Positions 26,183 to 39,914 of a DNA stretch of 64,000 nucleotides are shown one piece after another. The notes under the pieces are model-generated. The model was not told the origin of the DNA, did not search any database, and was given only the letters and a program-made list of their open reading frames with translations. Source of the DNA: Octopus sinensis (taxonomy: Eukaryota). The stretch is taken from the NCBI RefSeq assembly GCF_006345805.1, contig NC_042998.1, forward strand, positions 62,992,001 to 63,056,000, in the 5' to 3' direction. The position numbers and the translations under genes are program-made. Positions within the stretch are counted from its first letter, which is position 1. Each line of letters opens with the position of its first letter.

Positions 26183-26609
26183 AGGCAAGAAAGAAGGGAT
26201 TCAATTGACAAACATCAGTAAGATTTATTTATTATAATCATAGGAAAAATAAATAAATAAATACAACTCCACTCTTACAGCTGTTTCGACTTTGGGGGTC
26301 CAGTATGCTAAAGATGACATGTCATACAGAAATTGAAACCAAAGCTTCATCCAAGAGTTAGTAAGACTGGATATAACCTTGGACTTTATTACTTCTTACC
26401 ATGTTCGACTTAGTGACTCTCTGATGAAGCTTTGGCGTTCAGTTTTTGTATGATATATCATCTTTGGCATACTGGCCTTCCAAAGTAGAAAAAGCTGCAA
26501 GAGTGTAAATTGTATCCATTTATTTATTCATTTATTCCTACGAATGCAATAAATCGATCTTGCTGATGTTTGTCAATTGAATCTCTTCACCATTTTCTTC
26601 CTTGCCTGA
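26183..26609. mobile_element. Head-to-head inverted pair of hammerhead-bearing arms
   Basis: 26183-26360 is the reverse complement of about 26412-26609; motifs at 26271-26358 (-) and 26416-26504 (+). Confidence 0.8.
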
Positions 26610-26618
26610 TATATATAT

Positions 26619-27446
26619 ACTAGCAGCATAGCCCGGCGTTGTCCGGGTATGTAAGAACACCTAGTAGGCAACGACTAATCCCAATCTAGTCCTTTCCCCC
26701 TATGGAACGAAGGCGTATGTGTAGGTTGCAATGTCTTCTCTTCACTCGAATACTTCTGTGTATACGATGGTCCTATCTGTCCCTTTGGGCGAAAACATAA
26801 AAATCATTGCGCCTCCCAAGAGAGTTAAAAAGGTCGAGTTGCTTCCCCTAGACAGTCTGTGGTTTGTGTTTAATACACAAATCGGTTTGCTATGTGTGCC
26901 ACATATGATTTAATTAACCGATTTTTTCCAGTAATAAAGTATCCTATTGGAATAAAAAGGGTCATATAGCTCCTTGGAGCAGACATGATGCTCGCTGTGA
27001 ATAAAAAAAAATCCTGCCAATTTGTGAAAGATATTGTCGAAAATATGTCATCTTGAATTTGAACGCGATTTCCCAAAATGGCATGATTTTATCTATTTTT
27101 TCTGATGGTAAGGTATTGCATGGAAAACTAACGTCAGAATTAAGTTTCTTATGGTAACATTAAGCTTCACCATGAGTTTGGTGAAAGTCGATTGCAAGTT
27201 GCGAAAACTACAACAGAAAATGTGTTGCATATAAGAAGCTTAGATTCTCGACCTCATGTCGAATTTATCAATTTTTTTCAGAACTGGGGGATCTTTTCAA
27301 AATTTTCGCTGCGTTAGTTTTGAATTATGACATTGGGCTATGTGTGTGTCAAGTTTCATCAGAATCGGTTGAAAGCCGTGGTCAGGGTGAGGGTACAACC
27401 TGACAGACACACAGACAGACAAACTGCCGTTTATATATATATATAT
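26619..27446 (+). mobile_element. Non-autonomous Helitron/Helentron-like (Lep1/HINE-like) element
   Basis: 5' actagcagcatagcccggcgttgtccggg hairpin; 3' ...aagtttcatcagaatcggttg...(acag)n aactgccgtttatatatata; similar 3' end at about 61470-61550. Confidence 0.55.
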
Positions 27447-28455
27447 ACAGCATACGAACACTTACATATGAGCACGTATACATACATATATGTGCACGTA
27501 TATACCAGACTAATTCATTTGCCCGTCTTACGCCATGTGCCATATGGTCAAAATATCACCGCAGTAAACATGATGATACGGAGGGAATATATATATTTTA
27601 TATAAAAATGGATAAGACGATTATTTAACATACGATTATATCTAGTGGCCTGCATGGAAAATTCAGATAGGTAATAATTATTGTAAGTATATAATAATAT
27701 AGATATAATTGAAATGAAGTGTACCAACAAGGCACCACCATAGCAGAAGTAGCAGTCAAAACATTGTGTTAACAACAAACAAGATGAGGAGAAATAAACG
27801 TCAAAAGTAAATAATGTAAATAATCTAAATAATGTACATAATTCCTTACCTCTTAAATATAGAACTGTACTGGGGTTGAAGTAATCGAGTTAACCCTTCT
27901 CCACCAAAATTATTGACCTTGTGCCAAAATTTGGAACGAATATTACAATACAGTCTAAAAGAAAAATACGAAATCACAGCGATTTGAAAGTACATATTTG
28001 GTATATTTGTCTACAAGAATAAGGTCATTCGATAAATTACGAGTAAAATCCCTTGAGTCCAAACTTTGAGAATTGTCGTTTCCTTTATTCAGTAGAAATG
28101 GTATTTTGGTTTATAGATATGGCAATAATATGGACCTTTATCTCTGCTCTCAATTAACATTGTTCTTTGAAATTCAATCCGAAATGTTAACGTTTGTCCT
28201 CTTCGGATTTGTATAGTTTGATGTTGTAAATGACATTGTATTGAAGGTGATGTTTTCCGGTTAATGCATTTAGAGGAAGCTTTGACAATGTCTGTGAAAT
28301 CTGGTAGTGTCATGAGCAAAATGGTTAGCAGATAGAAAACAAATTTGGATGCAATACGGTTGCGAAGAGAAAGAGGGATAGATACATTGGGAGGTTGTAC
28401 ATCTCTCTAAGCTCGAGAAGCAACAATATTAGTAGAATTGTGCAAGAGAAGACAG

Positions 28456-28509
<54 letters not shown>

Positions 28510-29334
28510 AGAGAATGAAAGAAAGGTTATATGCATGAGTGGTTTAGTTATAGCATGCTTATGTTGGTTAAAGGTTTCATCATTCAATTGGTTGTATTCT
28601 ATCTAAATTTCATTTCAAATTGTTTACGTGTGACATCTGTGACGCAAGGTCTCCAATATGTTTTTTTTCTTATATTTTCACTCGCATCTCGCCTTAAGAC
28701 GGTTTTGACATGGTAACGAAGATAGGTGCTAATACTGTTAAGCTATTAGACTGTAGGAGGATTACTAAAATTTCGTCTATAGATGTCACACACTGAAAGT
28801 GATGAATTGACAGAGTTATGAGAATGAGGGTATACAATAACTAGAGAATATTTTATTCGTGTTTTATGATACCAGTTGTAATCCGTCTAGGTCAATTTTC
28901 CCTTTCATTTCTTCGATTTCTTTCCGCTTTTGTCTCTGTCTGTCTACCGGTCTCACGGGAGCGGTAATATGAGAGCACTTATATCGTGACCTTACCAATC
29001 CTTTAGCACCCTCATCTGTGCACATAGCAATCATGTATTCCAGAGTTATTGTTATTTAGCCCCTGGTCTACTTCAATCGAGTAGGCGGATGAACAAGGGA
29101 GTTGAAGCTTCCAGCTAGGACAATTCCATTGAGTTGGATTGAACTATTTTCTAATGTGTCCTTCATTTTTAAGTCTATAGTATATATTTTGTGGGTAATT
29201 TTACTGCTATATTAAGCAGATTAATTGAGTAACCACGTATTTTGTCCCTTATTTTGTCACTGTTAAAAAAATCTCAAGAGTGGATCTGAATTTACCTCTG
29301 AATATAAGGCGCATATTTTGTCAACAATAGACAT

Positions 29335-29645
29335 CTCTAAAACGCTCTCCGTCGGTTACGACGGCAAGGGTTCTATTCGATCCCGCCAACGTAACAGCTG
29401 GCTCATGAAATAAACGTATGAGTGGCTGAGTACACTAAAGACATGTATACGCTTAATGGAGTTCTCAGGGAGATTCAGCGTCACACAGAATGTAACATGC
29501 TCGACCCTTTGAAATACAAGCACTATTCTTTTTTAACTAGCTGAATGAACTGGAGCAACTTAAAGGGACTTACTGAAGGACAACGTGGTGCTGGGAATTG
29601 AACTAACGACCTTACTACCATGAGCCGAATACATTAACTACTAAG
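29335..29645 (-). mobile_element. SINE-C, diverged full length
   Basis: Minus strand gcttagtagtta...aaggtcgttagttcaattccc...gttgctccagttcattcagct...tcgtaaccgacggagag. Confidence 0.7.
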
Positions 29646-29816
29646 CAGACTACCTCCAACTGCTATTCACAACAGACCTTCCCAACAGATTCCGTACCCC
29701 GCCTAGTTGCCTATGGAGAAGTATGGTAGTTGTTTGGTGTCAGGGTTGTGATCAAGAAGGCCAATGATCAACGTGTTTCAATAATAGATTTCTTCTTTAA
29801 TTTCTTGACGATATAT

Positions 29817-30030
29817 CTTTTCTACTCTAGGCGCAAGGCCCGAATTGTTGGGGGAGGGGTCCAGTCGATTAGCTCGACCGCAGTACGCAACTGATATTTA
29901 ATTTACCGATCCCGAAAGGATGAAAAGCAAAGTAGACCTCGGCGGAATTTGAACTCAGAACATGAAGACAGAAGAAATGCGGCTAAGAATTTTGTCCGTC
30001 GTGGTAACGCTTCTGCCAGCTCGCTGCCTT
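29817..30030 (-). mobile_element. SINE-B (ccctcccc-tail subtype)
   Basis: Minus strand aaggcagcgagctggcagaa...gttctgagttcaaattccgccgagg...ccctcccccaacaattcgggccttgcgcctagagtaga; similar copies at about 20392, 31915, 32660, 33080, 38320, 39665 and 40652. Confidence 0.85.
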
Positions 30031-33000
30031 AGCTTTACGATATATCATGGACTATATTACTAAAAGTCGCTTTACTTTATGTTTTTTTAAAGATAATATA
30101 GTAATAGTTGAGAGGAACATATCACCCGTTTCTTTCTTGACGAATGATCCAGTATTCATCATCGGTAACTCGTAATACTTGGTAAGGTATGATTTTTAAG
30201 CAGCATATTGTATAAATTTATAATTCTGCTTCTCATTCTCTTTATAAAATGTTAATTAGAGGAAAGCAGGAATTTTTCCCTTCACTATTGATTATTGCAA
30301 AGTGGCTTCTCATCAACTTAAAGAGACCAAATGCATGCATGATGTCGCATCTCTTTAATGTATGTGTCAAAAATCATATGAGAATTTATTCATGCTGTAT
30401 GAACCAAATCATAGCAGCCATTTCCAAGCGTTTATGATTTGGGAGAATGTACATGGCTTCGCTAATTGGTTTAACCGCAAAATGTATTTATGGAAGCCGC
30501 CGGCAGACAGTTTCGGCACTCGCACCACTTGACTCAGCTAAACATTGACTGTGTGGCAGCTGTAAGGAGAGAAGGTTTGTTCTCGAATTCATCTCGGTCT
30601 CAGCTTGAACTGAGAAGCAGGAAGGAACGTGAAATGAAATGTCTTGCTCAAGGACACAACGTGTCATCCTTTCCAGATATCGAAACTTTGCTTTTCTGAC
30701 TGTGAGATGAAAAACCCTTAACATGAGAATGTACATATTTAGTACACGTCACCAACGTTTAAATGTCCAAAACCTCCCGGCCCCGGCGTATGCTGTGAAG
30801 CATTGATGAATAAGGTTTCCACCATGTCACTTGATGTATATTATTCGAAATTTTCAGGGTCAGTTTTCAGGAAAGAACTCACTGAAAAGAAAATACATAA
30901 GAAGTTCGTCAGGTATCTCCTTAAAAGTAAGACATTTTTAGTTGGCGTTTGTAATTTCGAATTCACCTAGTTTAACATTTTGTCATTATTTATAAAATGC
31001 ACATTAGAGTATCCATAAAATGCAGATAGATTTTTTGTGTAATTTTTTATTCTGTTCAGTAATAGTCTCTCATTATGAATTAGAGAGAAGAACTCATATT
31101 TTAAAAGAAAAGCAAATTATATTCATTCTTTTCTTTAAAGTATTTTGGTAATTTGCATTGCGATATTAAGTAGACAATTAGGAAAGAATTTAAATTATGT
31201 TTGGAAACAATAAAAGATAATGCAATGATGAAAGACAATCTGATGATAACATAATATAAATATAAAAACATTGAATATTAATATATTCATGTTTTTATAT
31301 TTTCCTAGATAAGATTGAGGACAACGCTGTGTGTGTGTGTATGTGTGGCATCAATATATTTCAGTTTGAAACTTGTGTTTCGTTTCTGCTTTAATTTCTT
31401 GTGTCTTTAGTAAAACATTTGGAAATATTTTCAGTCTTGATTCTTTATCTCGTTATAGTCGTTACTCGTTGCTGTTGTTCAGGTCAGCCACAATACTTCA
31501 GGCTGATCTCTGTCGAAAACCTCACATATATGACCTTATATTTTCGTTAATATCATTCACCTATCTTATATCGACAACAATCTAATCCATTGCGTCCGTC
31601 AGTTTATGAATTCTACTTACTTTCATTTTAACAAATGCGTTCCCGAACAATGACTTCATTCATTATTTACCTCTCCAAGAGAATTTCAATGGTTTAATTC
31701 TGACTGACATTTGTTCCGAATATACAAATGTCAGACGGCATTTTCTGATCTTGAAACTTCAGCATTTCATCCCATACACCAGCTCTGGAAGATTCTGTTG
31801 GCTGAATTCTTAAAGCTTGTATCCAGGGAGTTGGCTTCGAAGTCAGAAATATTTCGTAAGAGAATATTAAATGTAGCTTTTCAAACAAAGTGTTATTATT
31901 TTATAAAGATTTTCAAGGCGGCGAGATGGCAGAATTTTTAGCAAAACGGCCAAAAATGCTTAACAGCATTTCGTTAGTTCAAATTGTGCAGTGGTTGACA
32001 TTGCCTTCCAAGGTCAATAAGATAAATACCAGTTGAGCACTGGGGTCGATGTAATTCATTTACTCCTCATCGGAGTTGCTGACCTTGTGCTAAAATTTGA
32101 AATCATTATTTTAGAGAGAGATTTACTGTTTTTTTTCTAGGAAGTCATGCCAGACCAATTAGATGTTCCTCGTTGGTTTGCAACAGTCATTTATATTACT
32201 TTCTTAAGTAAAAAAAAAACCTACTATATTGCTGTGTTTTGTAATAAACTATAAATATTGTTTTATTGCGGTAATTCATCTCGTGGTTAATAGGTTCAGT
32301 AAAGGTATATAGGTATGATACAATTTAATGCAATCTTTTTATTGATATTTTCTATGAAGGGGAAAGTTTTATCAAACAATTGACAAGCAGACAGAAAAAT
32401 AAAAGTAATTTTATAATGCTTTTACGTCACCGAATATATAAGATATTGTACATCTTTCTATAATAAAACACAAATTTTTATGTATTCTGATACAAGATAG
32501 CGTGTTACTTTAAAAAATAATACACTTGCGGGTATGTTAATCTAAATTATAGGAAGTATAAATGTCAACGATCCAGTATATAATCAAGCTTCTATGGTTA
32601 GTATAGATGACTTATGGGCATTTAGTAAATTCTGTCGATTCGTTAGACTGTAACAAGACGCTGAGCTGGCAGAATCGGTAGTGCGTCGGGCAGTATACTT
32701 AACAGCAATTTGTCTGTCTTTGTGTTCTGAGTTCAAACTCTTCCAAGTTGAACATTGGGATCGATAAAATAAGTGCCAATTGCAGACTGGAGTCGATGTA
32801 ATCGACTGAATCACTCGCACGAAATTGCTGCTCTTGTGCCAAAATTTGAAACAAGCATTAGGTTGGAGTTTTCATACAGATAATAAACTTTCGATGAGTC
32901 GATAAAATCATTAGAACAGTACCTAAGAAAATAAGCGGTACCGTCCTCTGGAATGAGAGGGGGTTTTCTGGGTAAAATTTTATACGGTTACAGGAGACAA

Positions 33001-33399
33001 CAGAGCCGGTAGTGGCATGATAGATCGCATTTAATTTTTAAAACGTTTGCATTCTTTGTGTGAATTATCAAAGAAAATTGATTTAAAATTTTGGCACAAG
33101 ACCAGCAAGTGGGGGATAAATGGATTACATCGATCCCCAGTGATCAACTGGTACTTAATTTATCGATCCCGAAAGGATGAAAGACAAAGCTGGCCTCGGT
33201 GGAATTTGAAATCAGACCGTAAAGACGGATGAAATGCGGCCGTAACAAGTTTGCCAGCTCGTTACCTTGAACCAGCTTAAAATATCGGTTTCAAATTTTG
33301 ATATACATCCAGCGAGTTCGAAGGACGGGGCTGGTCGATTACATCGACCCTAGCCATCAAATGGTACATATTTTATCAATCCGAAAGGGTGAAATCACT

Positions 33400-34740
33400 T
33401 TAGAATATTTATTTCTTTATTCCCCACAAGGGACTAAACATACTGAGGTTGGACAAATAATGGAACACCTAAAATCTCAAACAAATTTATTTTAATATGG
33501 AGTATGACCGCCTTTGTCAGTAATTGCAGGTTGAATTCTACGAGGTATGGACTCGTACAACGTTGAATTGTTTCCAAAGGAATTCGTGACCAGTTCTTGT
33601 AGCGATGATGGTCGAGGATATCGACTCCTTGTCTTTCTAAAATGTACCATAAATGTAAATAATATTGAGATATGGGGACTGTATTGACCAGAAACGATGT
33701 TCAACTTCACTAGAATGTTCCTCGTTCCCCATTCAGTAGCAACTTAAGCTGTGTGAATTGGTGCATTATCATCCTGAAAGATTACGTTTCCCTCTGGAAA
33801 CAGTTCCGCAACCACAGGATGAATTTGATCAGATAAAATGCTTAAATAGACTTGACTATTAATTCTTCCATGAAAGAAAACCATTGGGCTGGCAGATTTC
33901 CAAGATATAGCACTCCCCACCGATCATCACAGATGCTCCTTCATGTTTAACAGTTGGAAGAAAGTAGTCTGGGCCAAATGTTTCTTTTAACTGTCTCCAC
34001 ATGTATGCTCGGCCGGTGGTCGGAAATAAGATAAAGGATGACTCTCCGAGAATATAACATTCTTCCACTGCTCTAGGGACCAATTCTGTAGCTTTTTACT
34101 CCACTCTAAACGCATTGTAATATTTGTATTTGAAAGTAGTGGTTTTCTGAAAGAAGCTCTCTCGTGAAATCCGGTTTTGTTCAGCTCCCGGAGAACAGTT
34201 TTAGGTGGTCATTAAGCCCTGCAGTAATTTGGGGAGCTGTACTTTTGTGATCCTTTCTAACAATTCGGATAAGAGTCAGACGGTCTCCATCTGAAAGTTC
34301 TGGTTTTCTTCTAGGATTTTGTTTCGACGAGGAGGTTTTTCCTTCTTTCTCAAAGGCTGTCATTACTTTCGAGACAGTACATATTGATACGCCAAACACT
34401 TCGTCTGTTTCGTTACGCTAGCGCCTGCAATTTGTACTCTTTGAAAGACCGATAGATTACCTTCTTCAGATGATATCTGCAAAGAAAGAGCAATTTTAGC
34501 AAACCATATTAAGCAACAATAATATTAAACCAAAAAAATAAGAATAGACAAGCTTATGACGGTTTTATAGATATTTCAAAATTATGATGCTATGATGCTC
34601 GGTGTTTCTATTTTTTTGTCCAACCCCTGTAGAGGGGTCAAACAAGAACAAACAAAGAGATTAAGTCGATACATAGACCCCAGTGAAGGAAAGGCAAAGT
34701 TGATTTCGGCGGACTTTGAACTGAGATCGATCACTTTAAA
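33400..34740 (-). mobile_element. SINE-B (LINE-tail subtype) split by the Tc1 element
   Basis: cccacaagggactaaaca-TA and TA-gaggggtcaaacaag rejoin to the tail consensus. Confidence 0.8.
33443..34629 (-). mobile_element. Full-length decayed Tc1-type DNA transposon, 1187 bp, TA TSD
   Basis: TIRs ctgaggttggacaaataatggaacacc / ggtgtttctatttttttgtccaacccctg; transposase remnants VSKVMTAF..., ESSFILFPTTGR...TVKHEGASVM, QSPYLNII, LYESIPRRIQ...KGGHTPY. Confidence 0.9.
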
Positions 34741-34944
34741 ATATTAAAATTCAAAAAGTGTTGGTAAAAGAAAAAGGGAAAAATCAAAATAGTCTGAGAA
34801 GCATTGCTTTTGAGCATCGGAAAAGCTGCATCGCGGCATATATTTATGATTCTTTACGTTTTGCGTTCAAATCCCAGCGCGATCACTTTTACCTTTTCTC
34901 ATTCCAACATCGATAAAATAAGCACAAATATCGAAGTGCGCAGG

Positions 34945-35310
34945 CGTGGTTGCGCCTTAAGAAGCTTGTTTCTCAGCCAGACGGTTCCGGGTTCAGTCCC
35001 ACTGCATGCATCTTTGGCAAATGTCTTCTTCTATAACCTCGGGACGCACAAGCTTGTATTTGAAAAACGGTAATTGAAAGAAGCTCGTTGTATATATACT
35101 GTCGCTCTGTGTCTCTGTTTGCCATCCACTACCGGATGATATCCGCTGTTGGTGTGTTTTCGCCCCCGTTATCTAGTAGTTCGGTAAAAGATACCGGCAG
35201 AATAAGTAACTGGCTTAACTTAAATAAGTACTGGGATCGATTCGTTCGACTAAAAGTTATTTAAATCAGTGTCACAGCATGGCCACAGTCTAACGACTGA
35301 AACAGATTAA
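34945..35310 (+). mobile_element. Old SINE-A copy
   Basis: gttccgggttcagtcccactg...ttggcaaatgtcttcttctata...agaataagta...cacagcatggccacagtc. Confidence 0.7.
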
Positions 35311-35892
35311 TGATAATAGATAAATATCATTCATCGTGGCGTCCCATCACTTTAACAGTTTCAATCCATTTAATTTCAAAAGCGTTTCAGTTTTGGTCAG
35401 CAATTTCGGCAGCGGAGTGCAAGTCGATTACATTGGCTCCGGTAATCAACAGGTAGTTATTTTATCGAACCCCTAAAAGTTATAAAAACGAAGTTGATCT
35501 TGGTGGGATTTGAACTCTTGACGTAAAATTCAAAACCTCGCTAACCGTTCTATCGATTCTACCAACTCAAGTCATTACAGTTACTAATTATTAATTTGAG
35601 GTTCTTGTAGGACGATAGCAGAATTGGTGAAAAGTCGGAACGCTGTCTTGAATAATTCGTTCTGGCTCTTTACGTTCTGTGTTAGCCGAAATAAGCTGTG
35701 GCTTTTGTCTGCCCGTGGTTGATAAAATAATGGGCCATACAAGAACTAGGTTTTATTTAATCGATTAATCGCCACGTCTTCACAAATTTTAGGGTTAATG
35801 CTTATGTTAGAAACAATTTATAATGATTATTGGAGGAGCGATGGGTGTTTCTTTTCCAATTCGAAATGTTTTAGAATTAAAAATAGAAACGA

Positions 35893-36300
35893 GGAAGGCA
35901 GAGAGCTGGCAGAAACGTTAGCACACCGGGCGGGCGAAATATTTAGCGCTATTTCGTCTGCCGCTACGTTCTGAGTTCAAATTCAGCCGAGGTCGAGTTT
36001 ACTTTTCATTCTTTCGGGATCTGTAAATTAAGTACCAGTTGCGTAGTGGGGTCAATATAATCGACTTAATCCGTTTGTCTGTCCTTGTTTGTCCCCTCTG
36101 TGTTTAGCCCCTTGTGGGTAGTAAAGAAATAGGTATTTCATCTGTCGCTACGTTCTGAGTTGAAATTCCGTCGAGGTCGAGTTTGCTTTTCATCCTTTCG
36201 GGGTCTATAAATTAAGTACCAGTTGCGTACTGGGGTCGATCTAATCGATTGATGCTCTCCCCCAAAATTTCGGCCCTTGAGCCTAGATTCGAAAAGAATT
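35893..36300 (+). mobile_element. SINE-B composite: tail-subtype copy joined to a host body at GGTATTTC
   Basis: ...gtgggtagtaaagaaata|ggtatttcatctgtcgctacgttctgag... Confidence 0.85.
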
Positions 36301-36304
36301 CCTA

Positions 36305-36705
36305 AGGCGGCGAGCTAGCAGAAACGTTAGCACGCCGAGCGAAATTCTTGGCGGTATTTTGTCTGTCTTTACGTTTTGAGTTCAAATTACGCCGAGGTCG
36401 ACTGTGCTTTTCATCATTTCGGGGTCGATAAATTAAGTACCAGTTACGCACTGGGGTCGATGTAATCCACTTAATCCCTTTGTCTGTCCTTGTCTGTCCC
36501 TTCTATGTTTAACCCCTTGTGGGCAGAAATAGAAACTTTCGTCTGTCTTAATTCTTTGAGCTCAAATTCCGCCGAGATCGACTTTGCCTTTAATCCTTTC
36601 AGGATCGATAAATTAAGAACCAGTGGCGTGCTGGGGTCGATCTAATCGACTTGCTCCCTCCCCCAGAATTTTGGTCCTTGTGCCAAGAGTAAAAAGAAAA
36701 AAAAA
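36305..36705 (+). mobile_element. SINE-B composite, second
   Basis: ...ccccttgtgggcagaaatagaa|actttcgtctgtc... Confidence 0.8.
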
Positions 36706-37784
36706 ATAGGCACGAAGAATTTTCTCAAAACTAGTCTTTATTTTTGAAGGAAGCCGCTTAGTTGGAGGACTTGAGATTTCTTCTCGCTGATACGTAAAAA
36801 TATTGTCATAAACGGAATGCAACAACAACAAGAAGCATACGAACAAAGAACAATGACAATAACAACAGCAAGAAGCACTTTCAACAGACAAAAACTTGTG
36901 AAAAAAAAGAAAGCAAAATGAAATTGGAAAAAAGAAACAAAAATATTTTGTCATCTGACATTCAGTAAGAAGAAAATATTGACATAGTGGAACAAAAAAA
37001 AACAACAATCTATTGACAACACTAAGAGTATACACACACACACACACCACACACATACGCATTACACAAAAACACACTCTTATACACATGCACATATACA
37101 TACACACTTATACACAGATAAACAAACGCTAATGTGTGAAGACACAATGATTATATTTTAAGCGTTGATAGTAAGATAGAGCAGTAGAATGTGAGCGAAC
37201 GAATAAAACAGAGAACTGTATGAGAGAATATTTCAATGACAAGGAATATTGTCCTCCTTCCGGATTTTTCTATTACTGAACAAGAATAAGTCGAATCACA
37301 ACTATCTTTCTCAGCAGGGTTTGAGCTTCTCTTGTATGATCGAGGCAACGATTACAGGTCACGGTGGTCGACACTAAAGGTGAATATTACTTCAATTAAA
37401 AAACCAAAAAACAAAAACAAAACAGGTATTACACGCCTCTGTGTGTATGGTCGTCAGAAATGACAACGAGGTATAACAGATAGAGGACGAGCAACAGGCC
37501 AAGTAATCAACTTGTCAACTTGTGTCTCGGGACTCGAAACAGCGAAATCCGAGGGTTAAGGTTAAGCAAATTAGTCACGACATTAATTTTTTATAAGCTG
37601 CCACTTACATGGATCATTATGTAGAGGTTCTAAACACAAAAAGAATTCGAGTTTAATGGAGACGTAATTTTCATAACCACAAAAACTGGAAGACAGTCCC
37701 TGAACCACTCCTGATTATTTATGCGGCAGAAAAAGCGATGGGTCTGGAAGTACAAGCTAGAAAACAGCTGCCTCATTCTTCTCT

Positions 37785-38207
37785 AATCTAAGCACAAGGA
37801 CCAAAATTTTAGGGGAGGGGACCAGTCGATTAGATCGACCTTAGTATGCAACTGGTACTTAATTTATCGACCCCGAAAGGATGAAAGGCAAAGTCGACCT
37901 CAGCAAAATTTGAACTCAGAATGTAAAGGCAGACGAAATACCGCAAAGCATTTCGCCCGGCGTACTACCGTTACTTGTTTATTTACTGCCCACAAGGGGC
38001 CACACACAGAGGGGACAAACAAGGACAGACAAACGGATTAAGTCGATTATATCGACCTCAGTGCGTAACTGGTACTTATTTAATCGACCCCGAAAGGATG
38101 AAAGGTAAAGTCGACATCAACAGAATTTGAACTCAGAACGCAAAGACAGACGAAATACCGCAAAGCATTTCGCCCGGCCTGGTAACGTTTCTGCCAGCTC
38201 GCCGCCT
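37785..38207 (-). mobile_element. SINE-B composite, third (junction further 5' in the host)
   Basis: Minus strand ...gtgggcagtaaataaacaagt|aacggtagtacgccgggcgaaatgc. Confidence 0.8.
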
Positions 38208-38492
38208 TACAGCTGCCTCATTCAACACAGAAGTTGTATGCAGATGCAGATGGAAAACTGTGTCACCTTTAACGTGACTGCAGTAAAACATAGTAATACT
38301 TTCTTCAATAGCTAAAAGGACTGAACTTTTGGAGGAGGGTGCTGGCCGATTACATCGATCCCAGGGTTCAATTTGTACTTTTTTTCATCGATTCTGAAAG
38401 TATGACAGTTAAAGTTGAGTTCGACAGAACTGGAATCAAAAACGTAAAGACATTTTGTGCTGCATGCTAATGGCTCTGCCATCTTGTCGCAT

Positions 38493-38685
<193 letters not shown>

Positions 38686-38689
38686 TAAT

Positions 38690-39556
38690 AAATGCCCTGA
38701 TGCAGTTACATGCCCTTATGGAATACCAGGCATTGGCAAATCTAGCTAAGGTCATAGTCTGTTTATCTTGACATGAGATCACCATGCCGCGCACAAATGG
38801 TCGTAATGTATGTGCCTGGTGTACCCTTATCAAACGGGTAGTCACGGTGGGTATACTGGGCTTCGTATATTTTACCCCAATGTCTCTTTGATGAGATGAA
38901 CTGCTCTCTGACTCGATGATAAAGATAATAATAATAATAATAATAATAATAATTCATGCCCTGATGCTGTACAAATGCCTTGATGCAGTACCAATGCCCT
39001 AATGCAGTACCAGGCAATGGCTCTCGTGGCTTCTGATCTTAACTGATTGGAAGTGTTATCATGTACATTGTTTTGTATCGGTATAAAAGATGGTCTATTC
39101 TGCTCAATACAACAGATTTGCTTGTCAGTTGTTTGACCTTGACTAGTCGAGCATGTCCCTTAGTCGCTGACGATATGTTTATCTCTGATCACGAGTAGAA
39201 GTAGTGGGGGAGCATCATAGCCATGTGTTGAGAGGGATTCTTTGGGGTTTGAATAATTATCCTCTAGAAAGATAGGTGTTTCGATCAACATCCTTAAACA
39301 ACCCTTATTCACGGACCTTTTGAGCGGGATGAGCTACTCGACGAGAAGAAAGTTCTAACTGGGCCCCACCTGCAAGTTCATGTGCTGTTTACCTTGATAA
39401 GAGATCGCCATGATGCGCACACATGGTTGTGATGCATGTTCCTGGTGTATCCTTATCAGACGGGTAGTCATGATGGGTATACTGGGCTTCGTATATTTTA
39501 TTCCAGTGTCACTTTGATGGCATGCACTGCTCTCTCACTCAATAATAATAATGATA
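38690..39556 (+). mobile_element. Two tandem copies of an (AAT)n-bounded non-coding element (38690-38950 internally deleted; 38955-39556 long)
   Basis: Both start gccctgatgc and end ...gggtatactgggcttcgtatatttta...ctgctctct...(aat)n. Confidence 0.8.
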
Positions 39557-39914
39557 ATCCCGTCGGTATCGATAAAAATAAGTACCAACTAAGCACTAGG
39601 ATCAATCTAAATGAGTTACCTGCTCCTCTGAAATTGATGTCCTGTGTCAATATTTGAAAACCTATGAAGGGTGTGATTTGGCAGAATGGCTGGTACGCTG
39701 ACAAAATGCTTAGTAGTATCTCGTGCGTTTATACATTCTTGGTTCAAATTCCGTCGAGATCGACTTTGTCGTTCATCGTTTTGGGGTTGACAAAATAAGT
39801 ACCAATTCAGTACTGGGGGTCGATGGAATCAGCATATCCCCTCCCATGAAACTGATGGTCCTGTGCCAAATTCTTCTTCTTCTTCTTCTTCTTCTTCTTC
39901 TTCTTCTTCTTTAT

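Noticed and set aside
27970-28370. Faint resemblance to a Penelope ORF N-terminus on the minus strand (TRFHRHCQSFL)
   Set aside because: Too short and stop-ridden to support without a search
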